A stretch of DNA of 64,000 nt from Nemertoderma westbladi (GCA_032718475.1 JAUCBJ010007402.1:30426-94425), one strand, 5' to 3'; counted from the stretch's first letter, positions 1 to 10,506 are shown. The notes: generated from the sequence alone by a model not told the origin. Translations and numbers: made by a program.

Positions 1-654
1 GTAGTAGCTGCCGTTGACCAGAGACCGCTAAGGGCAGTTCTCGTCAAACCCGTCCTGTGGCCAGCCCTTTCGCATGTCCGTCCCACCCCTCGCGAACCCC
101 GAAGGGATCGGTCATCGAGAACCAGTATGGCTTAGGTCAGGGGGCAGTCGTTAGTTGGCCACCCGTTCGCGTGTCCGCTCCACCCCTCACGAACCCCGAA
201 GGGAACGATCATCGAGAACCAGAACGGCTTGGCTACTAAGGGGCCGTCGGTGCCCGTCGCAAATCCCTGACACAAGCAGTCAGCGGTCCGAGTTCTTTTC
301 AGTCTCGTAATGGCTGCTGTTGGCCAGGGACCGCTAAGGGCAGTCCTTGTCCTTTAGGCCTGGCGCATTACCAAATCCACCCCTACAGGCAGCAGGAAGT
401 TGGCCAGGGCCTAATAGTACTCAGGCTAACCTGAATACTGCTTGCATTTTCCATCCCCCCCTGGCCCTTATAACTATGAAATTATTCCCGTACCCTGTAA
501 GTTGCCCCAAAGTTCGCCCATAAATCGCCCCCAGTTTATTGAATGTGCCCAAAACCCATGGTCCCGCACCCAGTAGTAATATCGGAATAATCAATTTTAA
601 ATAAAATACAAAAATATTCAACTCGCGTTATGGAAAGTTGAAATACCGCGAACA
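1..654 (-). repeat. 3' LTR of BEL-1 (cut by window edge)
   Basis: ~130-654 is near-identical to ~12890-13416; identity stops right after GAACA at 654. Confidence 0.93.
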
Positions 655-666
655 GTCCCCCCCAAT
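655..666 (-). other. Polypurine tract of BEL-1
   Basis: Minus strand reads ATTGGGGGGGAC immediately before the LTR TG. Confidence 0.8.
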
Positions 667-819
667 GACCTTCGTGAAGTCTGTCGGTCGATTGAGTTTG
701 CGTAGGTCATTCCCAATATAAAAAACCCAAATTTAATATTGCATAGTTTTTAATTAATTTGGCCTAGAGTTTGTATAAAAATAAATGTTCGATAAATGTT
801 CCTGGAATATCCCGATCCA

Positions 820-1908
820 CTATTTCTTTCTCTGATACGCCTTTCGTCTCTTCGCCCGTCGACTCTCATCGATCGCTATGGCTGGTAGAGGAGCGTCAAC
901 ATCCATCGTGAGTAACGCTTCGGCTTGTCTCCTGGCGGCTCTTCCTTTCGAAGGCATCGGGATCATGTCGGTTCGTCTTTCCAACTCAGATTTGCGTGCC
1001 TCTAGGAACCATTCTCCGTCACCGAACTCCTCTTTATACGAGTATAATCGTCTAATGACTTCAAATGGACCGAATAATCCGGCGCTCAGTAGTAGATCCA
1101 CGTAATGGAAAGGTAGCGTGGCCGACGTGTGGAGGCGTTCCGGGAAGGAGAAATATCCGCACGCCATCTCCTGCGCGATATTCCGAGCGTTTCTCCGAAC
1201 CTTGGTCTTTAAATGGCTGTTTGCGTATGTTTCAAACATGACCATATTGCCCATAGCGGTAACGTCTTTGGTTGGACATTTGATATAGCAGCGGGGGCTA
1301 GAGGAATGTCCGTGGAAACCGCACGTGGTGCAGAGGTTATAAAGGATCGGGCAGACGGAAACGTCGTGGCCCGATGTCGCGCAGTATGGGCAATAGAGTA
1401 TCCCGAGGAGCTGGAGGCAAGAATCGGTAACCCGATTCCTTCTGCCGCGTGGGCACTGCTCCGAGCCGCAGTCGCCGCATACCTCCAACTGCATCTCTCG
1501 ACCGGGGAATATCGGAATCGGGACGCCGACGTAGTATTCGAGTCGTCGGTCGCTCTTCGGAATATTCTCGGTGGTCGGTAGCCCGCGGAATGCTAGGCTT
1601 TTGCGTAATAGGTTCTCGCTCCGATAACCTTCTTTGTGTCCCGCTGGTCTCAACTCGGATGACCGTTTCTGGCGGTGGATCCATTCAGTTTGCTCGGCGT
1701 ACCAACGGGTTAGTCGCATAGGGTCCTGAGGAACGGCGGGTGTAGTAGCCACCGCTGGTCGGCGAAGAGGTGCCGGGGTTTTCGACGGAGGGATACCGAG
1801 GAGATCGTCGGGGGTCGGCGCGTCGCTGGGGCCCTCCTCGATCAGTATCGCTGCGCGGGTCCGTTGGTGGCTGGTACTCGGAATCTCCGACGACCAATCC
1901 TTCGCCAC
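820..1908 (-). CDS. Accessory multi-zinc-knuckle protein with basic C-terminus (possibly the frameshifted C-terminal half of the exonuclease ORF)
   Basis: 362-codon ORF with CGDCGSEQC, CPYCATSGHDVSVC (CX2CX4HX4C) and CTTCGFHGHSSSPRC; ends RRAKRRKAYQRKK. The frame is open from ~1957 with no ATG until well downstream. Confidence 0.75.
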   Translation of the reverse strand: MAKDWSSEIPSTSHQRTRAAILIEEGPSDAPTPDDLLGIPPSKTPAPLRRPAVATTPAVPQDPMRLTRWYAEQTEWIHRQKRSSELRPAGHKEGYRSENLLRKSLAFRGLPTTENIPKSDRRLEYYVGVPIPIFPGREMQLEVCGDCGSEQCPRGRRNRVTDSCLQLLGILYCPYCATSGHDVSVCPILYNLCTTCGFHGHSSSPRCYIKCPTKDVTAMGNMVMFETYANSHLKTKVRRNARNIAQEMACGYFSFPERLHTSATLPFHYVDLLLSAGLFGPFEVIRRLYSYKEEFGDGEWFLEARKSELERRTDMIPMPSKGRAARRQAEALLTMDVDAPLPAIAIDESRRAKRRKAYQRKK

Positions 1909-3421
1909 CCGGGAAAGGATACGGGGATAACCGTTGGCATATGTCGCCGAAGTCGCTCAATGCAGCTGTAGTAGCCACCTCCCTCGCGGGGCTACCGGAG
2001 CCGCGTGGAGTGTAAACGCCTGCTCTCTTCATCGGTTCGGTCGAGGCAACCCGTTTGGCGGCCGGTCCATACGCGGCCTCCGGCTCTAGTTGTCGCTTCG
2101 GGGTGGAGAGTAGAACACCCTCGTTTAGCCATATCTCTTCCCCTTCCGAAGAGATCAGAGGCTCCTCCGCACCGAGAAGTTCGGTAATCGTAGGGATGTC
2201 GTAAGGTCCGCTCTCGTCCCAGGAATCGATAACGGCGGGTGTTTTCGATTCTCCCGGTGTAATGTTCTCGACCGCTTTAAACGCGTGGTTTATAACCTCG
2301 TTCCAGTCGTAGTCGACGAAGGAAAGGGGGACCGCCGTAATAAGGTTATCGAGAGTTTTACAGATAAACTTAGCGACGGTGTAGCATTCCATAACGACGT
2401 AAACGTAGTTCCGTCGATCGGGATTCTCCCATCTTTGGTGTATCGTCCACTTCCGATCAACGTCCTTCCATCGACCCTCTCGCTCGCTCTTTATTTCCAA
2501 TCCCGGGTATCCACCGTATATTTTATTATAGTCCCGGAATTTCTGAGGTTTGAAGTCGATACCGCCGTTTAGCACAGCGAGGTAGCCGATCCCGGATTTC
2601 GTCGGTCTCACCTCTTGGAATCCTCGCATGAACTCGGCGAATCGTAACCAGGCTAGTAACGTTTGAGTGTCGATGCAATGGCTAAGGGCGTTGAGGTCGT
2701 CTCGTCGGTTTCTTCCTGTAGGAGCGTTCGCGTAGTCGTTCCGGACGTCCGCCTTGATATCCGACCCGATTTTAATGACGTCGAAGTCGAAGAGGATCTT
2801 TTGGATTTCCGGAGGCAGCAACCAGATCGCTCCGGCTGCCTGCACTTCCTGTCTGGGTGTCGGGAATATTCGGCACACCAGTACCAAACCGTCCAGGGTT
2901 CCGAGGACGACGACTAAGGATCGACCGTATTCTTTCGCCCCGTACTTTTCCTGGTAGTCGTCGCGGTTTTGGATAATCGATACGCGTTCCTCTCGAAGCG
3001 TCGCCGTACACTCCGACAGTTTTCCCCAGTGGGCGAGGTACGTACTCTTGTCGTCGACGAAACTTTGACATCTCGCCAACGTAATCGCTTTCGAGGTGGG
3101 CGTCGCGTTTCCCTCGTTGTCGTAGATCAAACATCGGGATCTGTAGATGCTCTGCCGGAACGTTTCCCAAAACGACGAATCGTCCCCTCTGGTTGCCTTT
3201 GCGTTCCGAGTTCTTTTCAGTCTCGTACTAGCATCGGCTAACCGGAGGGCTCGTAGATTCTTAGAATCCGGTCCCTCTCGCCCGGTGAATTTAATGACTC
3301 GCACGTTCTCATTTAGCAGGGTGCTCCAATTTGTATCAAAGTCAGGGGATCCAGGTTGCGAATATTCCAGTAGATCTATCGTGTTACGTAATTCGCCGAT
3401 AATTTGGCGATTTGGGTCCAT
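1685..3421 (-). CDS. Accessory ORF with DEDDy (WRN/EXD/Mut-7/RNase D-like) 3'-5' exonuclease domain
   Basis: ExoI LIYDNE (D101/E103); ExoII LPPEIQKILFDFDVIKIGSDIKAD (D225); CIDTQTL; SGIGYLA..GIDFK; ExoIII W..YVVME (Y341/E345). TTTCAG acceptor-like site ~55 nt upstream of the ATG. Confidence 0.8.
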   Translation of the reverse strand: MDPNRQIIGELRNTIDLLEYSQPGSPDFDTNWSTLLNENVRVIKFTGREGPDSKNLRALRLADASTRLKRTRNAKATRGDDSSFWETFRQSIYRSRCLIYDNEGNATPTSKAITLARCQSFVDDKSTYLAHWGKLSECTATLREERVSIIQNRDDYQEKYGAKEYGRSLVVVLGTLDGLVLVCRIFPTPRQEVQAAGAIWLLPPEIQKILFDFDVIKIGSDIKADVRNDYANAPTGRNRRDDLNALSHCIDTQTLLAWLRFAEFMRGFQEVRPTKSGIGYLAVLNGGIDFKPQKFRDYNKIYGGYPGLEIKSEREGRWKDVDRKWTIHQRWENPDRRNYVYVVMECYTVAKFICKTLDNLITAVPLSFVDYDWNEVINHAFKAVENITPGESKTPAVIDSWDESGPYDIPTITELLGAEEPLISSEGEEIWLNEGVLLSTPKRQLEPEAAYGPAAKRVASTEPMKRAGVYTPRGSGSPAREVATTAALSDFGDICQRLSPYPFPGGEGLVVGDSEYQPPTDPRSDTDRGGPQRRADPRRSPRYPSVENPGTSSPTSGGYYTRRSSGPYATNPLVRRAN

Positions 3422-3976
3422 ATTTACGATTATATCCGTTACAAATTAGATCAGTTAATTATAAGTCCAGAAAGTCTGAAACTATAGCGATAGCAGAATA
3501 ATTCAGTTTTTTATTTAATTCAGTTTATTAAATAACATTGCTATATAGACATCTATAATCTTATTGCTAATACATTCAGCATTTACAGTTACTATAGCTA
3601 TACATTAATATCCAACCAGTTTTTTATGACTTTTTTGTCCTTTTCTTTTTTCTAATTCTTTTCTTTAGACTTTTTTATACCTTTTTTTTGTCTTTTTTCA
3701 TTTCATTATTATTTCATCTCATTTCATTTATTTCCACATATTTCGACACATTTATTTCCACCATTTATTTCACATTTATTTATTTCCACATCATCATTGG
3801 GTTTATAGCCCCCCGGCTATCATCATTTGTTATGAGCGCAGCACCAGGGTGCGCATCATTACATTTTCATCAGTATACGCGTCATCATTCAGGTTTATAG
3901 TAGAGTTGTCTGATCCTTTTCATCGTTTCCAACTATATTCAATCATTTTCTTTGGTTAATCTTTGTCGTGGAAGGG

Positions 3977-4395
3977 GTGTTACGCGGCAATCTGGGATCT
4001 ACAGCTGGACTCGTTACACCGCCTACGCCCCAAACTGCGCACGTAACGGACAATGAAGACGCTGGGAGTGAAGTCACGTGGATGCACCATGGACCCACCA
4101 GAATAACACTCCCAACAACATAAAGCTCAGTCGACGAAGTCATGTGGGATGTGGTTACGCAACATTCTGGGATCTACAGCTGGACTCGTTACACCGCCTA
4201 CGCCCCAAAATCCACGCAACGGTCCCACCAGAATAACGCGACTGAGAAACATAAAACCCTCTATCGTCGAAGTCACGTGGATGCACCATGGACCCACCAG
4301 AATAACGGGATAGAGGGGGTGTTGCGCGGCAATCCGGGATCTACAGCTGGACTCATTACACCGCCTACGCCCCGAACCGCGCACGCAACGGACAA
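3977..4395. repeat. Modular ~170-bp triplication between pol and the accessory ORF
   Basis: TGGGATCTACAGCTGGACTCGTTACACCGCCTACGCCCC-type module at ~3977, ~4152 and ~4318; GAAGTCACGTGGATGCACCATGGACCCACCAGAATAAC at 4070 and 4269. Confidence 0.9.
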
Positions 4396-4668
4396 CATAA
4401 CATACTGCGATGAATACAATGAATTCCACTTCAAATCTTTTCCATTTCCAATAATCCAATATCGTAGGTCCTGATGACCAAAATCAGGGTAAACAATGCA
4501 TAAACGACCCTGCGTCAGTCGAAACATCTGCAGGGTGACGCTGGACTCCACATAACACACGAGGAAACACAAATACCATTGCGTGGTTACAGTTGGTTTA
4601 AGGGGGGTCCATAACTCATTGTCGATAAATCACAGTCAAAAAGAGTTTGTCAACATGATGAGAAGGGT

Positions 4669-7600
4669 TTAAACACATTTGTCAGTGTCACCGATGTCTG
4701 CAGCAGGATCCGTAGTAGGGAACTTATCACCTCTTGTAGAATCACCACTGTCATTGCCTTCAAGAAGGCACAGCTTCTGGATGGGGCGTTGGTAGTGGCC
4801 CGATTTCGTTCGTATCGTCACAGTCCTCGCAAGTCCGTCTTTGCTTGGGTGTATGGTCACGACCCGCGCCACAGGCCAGTGAACGCGGTCTTTGAGATCT
4901 TCTTTAACTAGTACCATGTCGCCAACTGCGACGTTCCGGTAGGTGTTGTTCCATTTCCTCCTGGTCCGGAGGGTTATGAGGTATTCCTGGGCCCAAATTC
5001 TCCACCAATGCGCTGCCAACGCTTGGGCCTTTTTCCAGTTTGTATGTTTCGCGATCTCATTGGGATCCGGGAACATGGTTTCCGGGAGGAGGTGGGTTTT
5101 GGGTCTCCCCAGTAAGTGGTTAGGAGTGAGGGGTTCCAGGTCTGTGGGGTCGTCGCGGATAGGAACAATGGGTCGGTTGTTCAGGGTAGCCGTGATCTCG
5201 CAGAATGTTGTGCGGAGGGTGTCATGGGTTACCCGGGTATCGCCTAGAGCGACGCGCATGGATCGTTTCACTAGGTCGATCAGTTTCTCCCATACCCCGC
5301 TCGTATGGGGTGCTAAGGGGGTCTGGAAGTGCCACTGTATCTGGTGTTCCTTCCAGACTTGGGATGCAGTGTTATCGGTAAACCATCCCTCGATCGCCTC
5401 TCTAAGTTCTCTTTCTCCTCCCACAAAGTTTGTACCATTATCGGAATACATGTGGCAGCATGTCCCGTTGTTCGCCACGAACCGACGCAGAGCGTTGATG
5501 AATGCGTGTTGTGTCAGATTTACCACGATATCTAGGTAAATTGCCCTAGACCTCAGGCAGGTGAAGATGGCTCCCCAGCATTTGATGTTGGATCGTCGTT
5601 CAATAACCGTGAACGGTCCGAAACAGTCCACTCCGGTGACGTAGAATGGTTGGGAATCCGCTTGTAGACGGGTGGCTGGTAAGTCGGCCATCTTTTGGGT
5701 GATTGGTGGCGCTAGGTAACGTCTGCAGGTGAAGCAACGTTTCAACACTTTCCGGATCAGTGGCTGGATGTGGGTGATCCAATATCTTTGTCTTATATTA
5801 GCTATAATCCAATTCTGTCCTGCGTGGTGGTTGTCCTCGTGACATTGTAGAATTAATAGCTTAGCTAGTGTCGACGTTCCGGGCAGAAGCGCCGGGTATT
5901 TAACCTCATATTCGACCGGGGCGTTTGCCATCCGGGTATTCAGTCGGATCAGTCCGTCCTCTCCCATCATTGGTCTCAGTTGGTAGACTGGGCTGTCCGG
6001 TTTCAACGTTTTGCCCGCACTAAGTTGTTCCCATTCATCGGGGAAACTTTCTTTCTGGACATATCTAACAATACACTTCTCTGCAATAATGAGTTCTTGT
6101 ATATTCCGTTGAACTATCGGTTTGTTGTTTTTCCACCGTAGGAAGTTGCGAAGGGTTATAACGTGATAGACGAGCCGTCTCATGGATGAAGTTCGCTCGA
6201 TCAACCGATGTAAAGACGCCGCTAGTTGGGTGATCGTCGCGACGTTATAGTGCCTGCCCGAGTCCTTTGCAGGCTCAGTCAGACAACTATAAATTTCCAC
6301 CGCGTTGCTTCGATGGATTTTACGGATCTCTTTATCGTCCTCGGAGTATTTTCCGCTATCGAGCTCGGGGTCGAATCGGGTACTCCAGGTTAATTGTGGC
6401 TGCCGTAGGAATTCCGGGCCTGTAAGCCAGAGTTTACTTTTACCGAGTTGTTTTGGGGTGGCGCCTCGGCTTGATAAGTCCGCTGGGTTTTCCTTCCCGT
6501 TCACGTGATGCCACTGTTCTCGGCCGGTACACTGTTTAATCTCTGTGGCTCGGTTTGCAACAAACGTGGTGTGACGCCGTGATGGAGAGTGGAGATAATA
6601 GAGAACTATACTCGAATCTACCCAGAAGTGTTGAGATTCTATGGGGATCCGTAGGTTCCGCATGACCATGCGATTCTGTCTTACTGCCCAAACTGCAGCT
6701 TGTAGCTCGAGTCTCGGGATCGTTGCTACGAATTCCCCGGATACTGTCTTTGCTTTGGAGAATAAGAAGCTTGTATCGCCGTTTCCATCGTTACTTAGTC
6801 TCCGTAGGAAGGTGACTACGCCGATTCCGGTATTCGAAGCATCCGAAAAGGTGTGGAGCTGGAAGATATCGGTGGGCAATTTATCGAGGAAGAACGGTCT
6901 AGGTATCCGCATAAGATGTAGGTGTTCGAGCTGCTCCGTCCATTTTCTCCATTTGACGCTGAGGTATGGGGGGAGCTCTTCGTCCCATCCCAGTCCTTCT
7001 ATCCACATTTCCTTAATCAGGTTCATTCGGGCCAAGGTTACTGGAGATATGAAATTTAGTGGGTCGAAGATGGCGCTTTTTATCGACAAACATCCCCTTT
7101 TTGTCATAGGCTTGGGTAGGGGTTTATACTTGAAGATGAATTCGTCTGATTCTATGTCCCATTCAATCCCAAGTACACGATGTTCCACATCCTCCGAATA
7201 CATTTTGTTATTTTCCAGCCGGATGTCCTCCGGAAACTTTTCCATAAGTGTTTTGTCGTGGGATCTGAACTTCACGAGCGGAAACCTTCCTTTCTTTAGA
7301 CATTCTACCATCCCCATTGCCAGCCGATATGCCTCATCCACATTATCCGCGCAGGCGCATCCGTCGTCCACGTAGAAGCATCGTCGAATTGTTTCTATGA
7401 CAGTTGGAGGGAACTCGTTTTCGCACATAGTTGCCGTCCTCTTTAGCATGTCACTGCATGCTACCGGCGAGTCCTTACCGCCGAAGATCCTGACGACCAT
7501 ACGCATTACGTCTACGTCCTTTATCGTGAGTTGGCTAATCTCCTGTTGAGTAAGCGTTTTATCCGTCCATAGGATACGTAGACAGTCCGAGTCTCTTGGT

Positions 7601-10506
7601 AACGTACGAACTTGATGAAACATGGCCTTGATGTCACAGGTGAATGCTACCCGGTTTTCCCTGAACCTGATCAATACGCCAATGAGTGTGCTATATATGT
7701 TGGGTCCCGTGTAAAGTTGACTGTTTAGGGATTCGCCCTGGTACATAGCGGCAGCATCATTTACCACTCGGATTTTCCCACCTTTGCGGGCTTCTACTAC
7801 ATAGTGGGTTGGGAGATAATATGTTCTTTCACCACCTTGCAGTTCATTCCGTGGTACCATTTCTGCTAATCCATCATCGAGATATCCTTGGATTACGGTA
7901 TTATATTTCTCCTTTATCTCGGGTTGGTCATTCAGCCGGCGTAGAATCCCTTTAAGTCGCCTAAGTGCCATGCTGGCGTTGTTTGCCATTGGTTTGTTTG
8001 GATCCTTCCATAACATAGGTGAACACCAATGTCCGTCTTTAAACGTGGCCTGGTCGAGAATGTCCATACAATATTGGTCCTCTTCGGATGGGTTTTCGTC
8101 CTTTTCCGCGAACTCCTGGGTCTCCAAATTAAAATATTTCGTCATATCTCGTTGGGTTTTCTCGGTTTCCAGAAACAAATCCTCGTCAAGATCTGAAGCT
8201 GAGCAATAACCCACAGAGGTTACATTCTCTTTAATCTGACATTTAGGAAGGTAGGTATAGGTGTCCGTAGTTTCCTCCTTAATGCCGCAGAGTGTCCATC
8301 CCATTATTGTTCGTTCAGCATAGAATCCATCATCCTGGTTTATAGATCGAGCGATATCTCCGGTGGGGATGTGTAGTTCCGGTGTATCAAGTCCAATCAG
8401 TAGGGTGATACGGTTCACGTCCAACTGCGGACACCTCAGGTCTACATCGTCTCGGTCTAATTGTATGAGGGGGGCGTACTCGGCTGATTGTCGGAACCGC
8501 ACCCGGAGGTCTGTGTGTACCAAGGCGTTCTTGATGGTTAACTTAGCCGTTTCGTAGCCCTTCATCACTCCTTCCATCTGGAGTTGTACCTCCCCGGACT
8601 CTACCTCTCTGTTATCGGTGATGGTTTGTATGGGCCGTTTACAAGGTTCATATTCTAGGCCGAGTTGCTCGAGGAAATCCCGGTCGATGATGGTTCCGTC
8701 AGACCCGTTATCGAGGAACGCGAGTGTCGTCAAAGATTTGCCGACTCCTTGGATCCTTACTGGGATTACCTTTGCAAAAACCATGTAGCGGCGATTTATA
8801 AGATTAATCGTGGCCGAAATATTGGTTACTTGTGGTGTATCGGTGGAGATCTTAAACGGGTTGGTTTCTCTCCGTTGGGTTGTCCGGGTTCCTTTGAAGA
8901 TGTGGTTTGTTTCTCCTCTTCGCCTGGCTTCGATCCGAAAGGGGAGGGTAGTAAAATCGAAGTTCGCGGGGATGTGGAGGAGCGTGTGATGGCGTTGGTC
9001 GTTACAGACAGTACAGCATGATCTTTGGTCGCACTCCCGAACATAGTGACCTGTTCCAAGACACCGGAAGCATCCTCGGTGTTTCATTATCGCCTCGAAG
9101 CGTGGGACGAGTTCGGCGAACTGAAACTTTCTGCAGAATTCCACTTTGTGTTTCTCCCCACAGAAGAGACAGAGCAGGGAATTTGTGATGCCTTCCCTTT
9201 CGGGTGCCCAACTCGCGAGATAACATGCCCATTCCTCGGCGGATGTCGGTTCCTCGTAGTCTTCGTCGTCGGAATCCTCGGCCATGGTAATGGCCATCGT
9301 ACTTACCGGTGGGGGGCGGAATCTCGGTTTCGGAGGGGTTATCTTACTCCTGGAGTTGCTCTCTATTCCGTCCAACTTTGCGAGACTTTGTTTTGAAAAC
9401 ATCGAGTCATTCATGGCTTCGGAGATATCGTCCAGGAATGCCGACATTTCAAGGAAGCTAGGATCTCGATCTGGATGTCTGCGCCGGAGATCTACACATT
9501 TATAAGCCCACTTACTTTGTAGCCATCCGGGGAACTTCTTGGCGATCTGTCGGAGGTTTAGAATGTTGTTCACCTGGTCCTCCTTATTTAAGGGTTTCAG
9601 AGTATAGTAGGCATCCTTCATAGAGTCGGAGAATTCCTGTATGTTCTGTGGGTCCCCTAGTGATCCCGCGTCCTGTATCAGTCTCTCTAGAGTTTTATTA
9701 ATTATAGTTCCGGTATTTCCGTATCTTTTATCCAGAGTTTTCCATGCGTCATAGTATGCCTCATGAGAACCTCCTTCAAAACATGCAATAATTCTGCGTG
9801 GTTTGTCACCCAGGTATTGCGATAAATATACCAATTTCTGTGCGTCGGCTATGTCCGTTGATCCGATCTGCGCAAAGAACCGTTTCTTGAATCTGAGGTA
9901 ATCAACGGGATCTCCTTCGAAGGTGCGAATCTCCATCTTAGGCATGGCAAGGCGGTTCTCCAACGCCCGGATGATGCTGACGTCGTCTGAACTGGAGTGA
10001 CTCGGAGGGTTATAGTTATTGGCACTCACTCCCATACTTGATGGATCAATAATAGGTGGAGTTTTAATAATGACGCGGCTATGAGTTTGTGGTGTGGATG
10101 TAAATGGGTTGTTAGATCGGGGAGTGGCGTCCCGTTCCGAGTCCCTTTCAGGCTCGTACTTGGGTACACTCGCTGTCGTGGTGTTGGATGGGAAATAAGG
10201 TTCCTCATTATTTAGCATAGCTGGTGGGGGATGGAACACCGGGGCTTGTGCCGATAGCGTAGACTGTTTGGTAGGCGGGATCTCGGGTTTCGGAGGTTTC
10301 GCCGCTGTTGGTGTAAATGACTTTTCTAACTCCGGTACCGGAATTGGTTCATATTCCTGATCTATATCCCTTTCCCAGTCCTCGTAGAGTTGAATATCTC
10401 GTTCTATAAGTGCGGCTTCGTATTCTGCGAGTTTTGCAATATCCGCATTCTTTTTGTGGATGAGAATTGCTTGGGCCTCGGCGTGTTGTTTACGCATTTC
10501 CGCCAT
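4669..10506 (-). CDS. BEL/Pao Gag-Pol polyprotein (Gag core, three Cys-His knuckles, protease, RT, RNase H, integrase)
   Basis: FEGDP gag motif; CLFC..H..C, CFRC..H..C, CTVC..HHTLLH; LDNGS; FYVDD; HTFSDAS, NPADLSSRG; H..H..CFTC; GVDCFGP, SDNGTNF, GVWE. Confidence 0.97.
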   Translation of the reverse strand: MAEMRKQHAEAQAILIHKKNADIAKLAEYEAALIERDIQLYEDWERDIDQEYEPIPVPELEKSFTPTAAKPPKPEIPPTKQSTLSAQAPVFHPPPAMLNNEEPYFPSNTTTASVPKYEPERDSERDATPRSNNPFTSTPQTHSRVIIKTPPIIDPSSMGVSANNYNPPSHSSSDDVSIIRALENRLAMPKMEIRTFEGDPVDYLRFKKRFFAQIGSTDIADAQKLVYLSQYLGDKPRRIIACFEGGSHEAYYDAWKTLDKRYGNTGTIINKTLERLIQDAGSLGDPQNIQEFSDSMKDAYYTLKPLNKEDQVNNILNLRQIAKKFPGWLQSKWAYKCVDLRRRHPDRDPSFLEMSAFLDDISEAMNDSMFSKQSLAKLDGIESNSRSKITPPKPRFRPPPVSTMAITMAEDSDDEDYEEPTSAEEWACYLASWAPEREGITNSLLCLFCGEKHKVEFCRKFQFAELVPRFEAIMKHRGCFRCLGTGHYVRECDQRSCCTVCNDQRHHTLLHIPANFDFTTLPFRIEARRRGETNHIFKGTRTTQRRETNPFKISTDTPQVTNISATINLINRRYMVFAKVIPVRIQGVGKSLTTLAFLDNGSDGTIIDRDFLEQLGLEYEPCKRPIQTITDNREVESGEVQLQMEGVMKGYETAKLTIKNALVHTDLRVRFRQSAEYAPLIQLDRDDVDLRCPQLDVNRITLLIGLDTPELHIPTGDIARSINQDDGFYAERTIMGWTLCGIKEETTDTYTYLPKCQIKENVTSVGYCSASDLDEDLFLETEKTQRDMTKYFNLETQEFAEKDENPSEEDQYCMDILDQATFKDGHWCSPMLWKDPNKPMANNASMALRRLKGILRRLNDQPEIKEKYNTVIQGYLDDGLAEMVPRNELQGGERTYYLPTHYVVEARKGGKIRVVNDAAAMYQGESLNSQLYTGPNIYSTLIGVLIRFRENRVAFTCDIKAMFHQVRTLPRDSDCLRILWTDKTLTQQEISQLTIKDVDVMRMVVRIFGGKDSPVACSDMLKRTATMCENEFPPTVIETIRRCFYVDDGCACADNVDEAYRLAMGMVECLKKGRFPLVKFRSHDKTLMEKFPEDIRLENNKMYSEDVEHRVLGIEWDIESDEFIFKYKPLPKPMTKRGCLSIKSAIFDPLNFISPVTLARMNLIKEMWIEGLGWDEELPPYLSVKWRKWTEQLEHLHLMRIPRPFFLDKLPTDIFQLHTFSDASNTGIGVVTFLRRLSNDGNGDTSFLFSKAKTVSGEFVATIPRLELQAAVWAVRQNRMVMRNLRIPIESQHFWVDSSIVLYYLHSPSRRHTTFVANRATEIKQCTGREQWHHVNGKENPADLSSRGATPKQLGKSKLWLTGPEFLRQPQLTWSTRFDPELDSGKYSEDDKEIRKIHRSNAVEIYSCLTEPAKDSGRHYNVATITQLAASLHRLIERTSSMRRLVYHVITLRNFLRWKNNKPIVQRNIQELIIAEKCIVRYVQKESFPDEWEQLSAGKTLKPDSPVYQLRPMMGEDGLIRLNTRMANAPVEYEVKYPALLPGTSTLAKLLILQCHEDNHHAGQNWIIANIRQRYWITHIQPLIRKVLKRCFTCRRYLAPPITQKMADLPATRLQADSQPFYVTGVDCFGPFTVIERRSNIKCWGAIFTCLRSRAIYLDIVVNLTQHAFINALRRFVANNGTCCHMYSDNGTNFVGGERELREAIEGWFTDNTASQVWKEHQIQWHFQTPLAPHTSGVWEKLIDLVKRSMRVALGDTRVTHDTLRTTFCEITATLNNRPIVPIRDDPTDLEPLTPNHLLGRPKTHLLPETMFPDPNEIAKHTNWKKAQALAAHWWRIWAQEYLITLRTRRKWNNTYRNVAVGDMVLVKEDLKDRVHWPVARVVTIHPSKDGLARTVTIRTKSGHYQRPIQKLCLLEGNDSGDSTRGDKFPTTDPAADIGDTDKCV

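Noticed and set aside
820-3421. BEL-1 accessory ORFs as an envelope gene
   Set aside because: No signal peptide, transmembrane segment or furin/fusion layout; motifs indicate nuclease and Zn knuckles.
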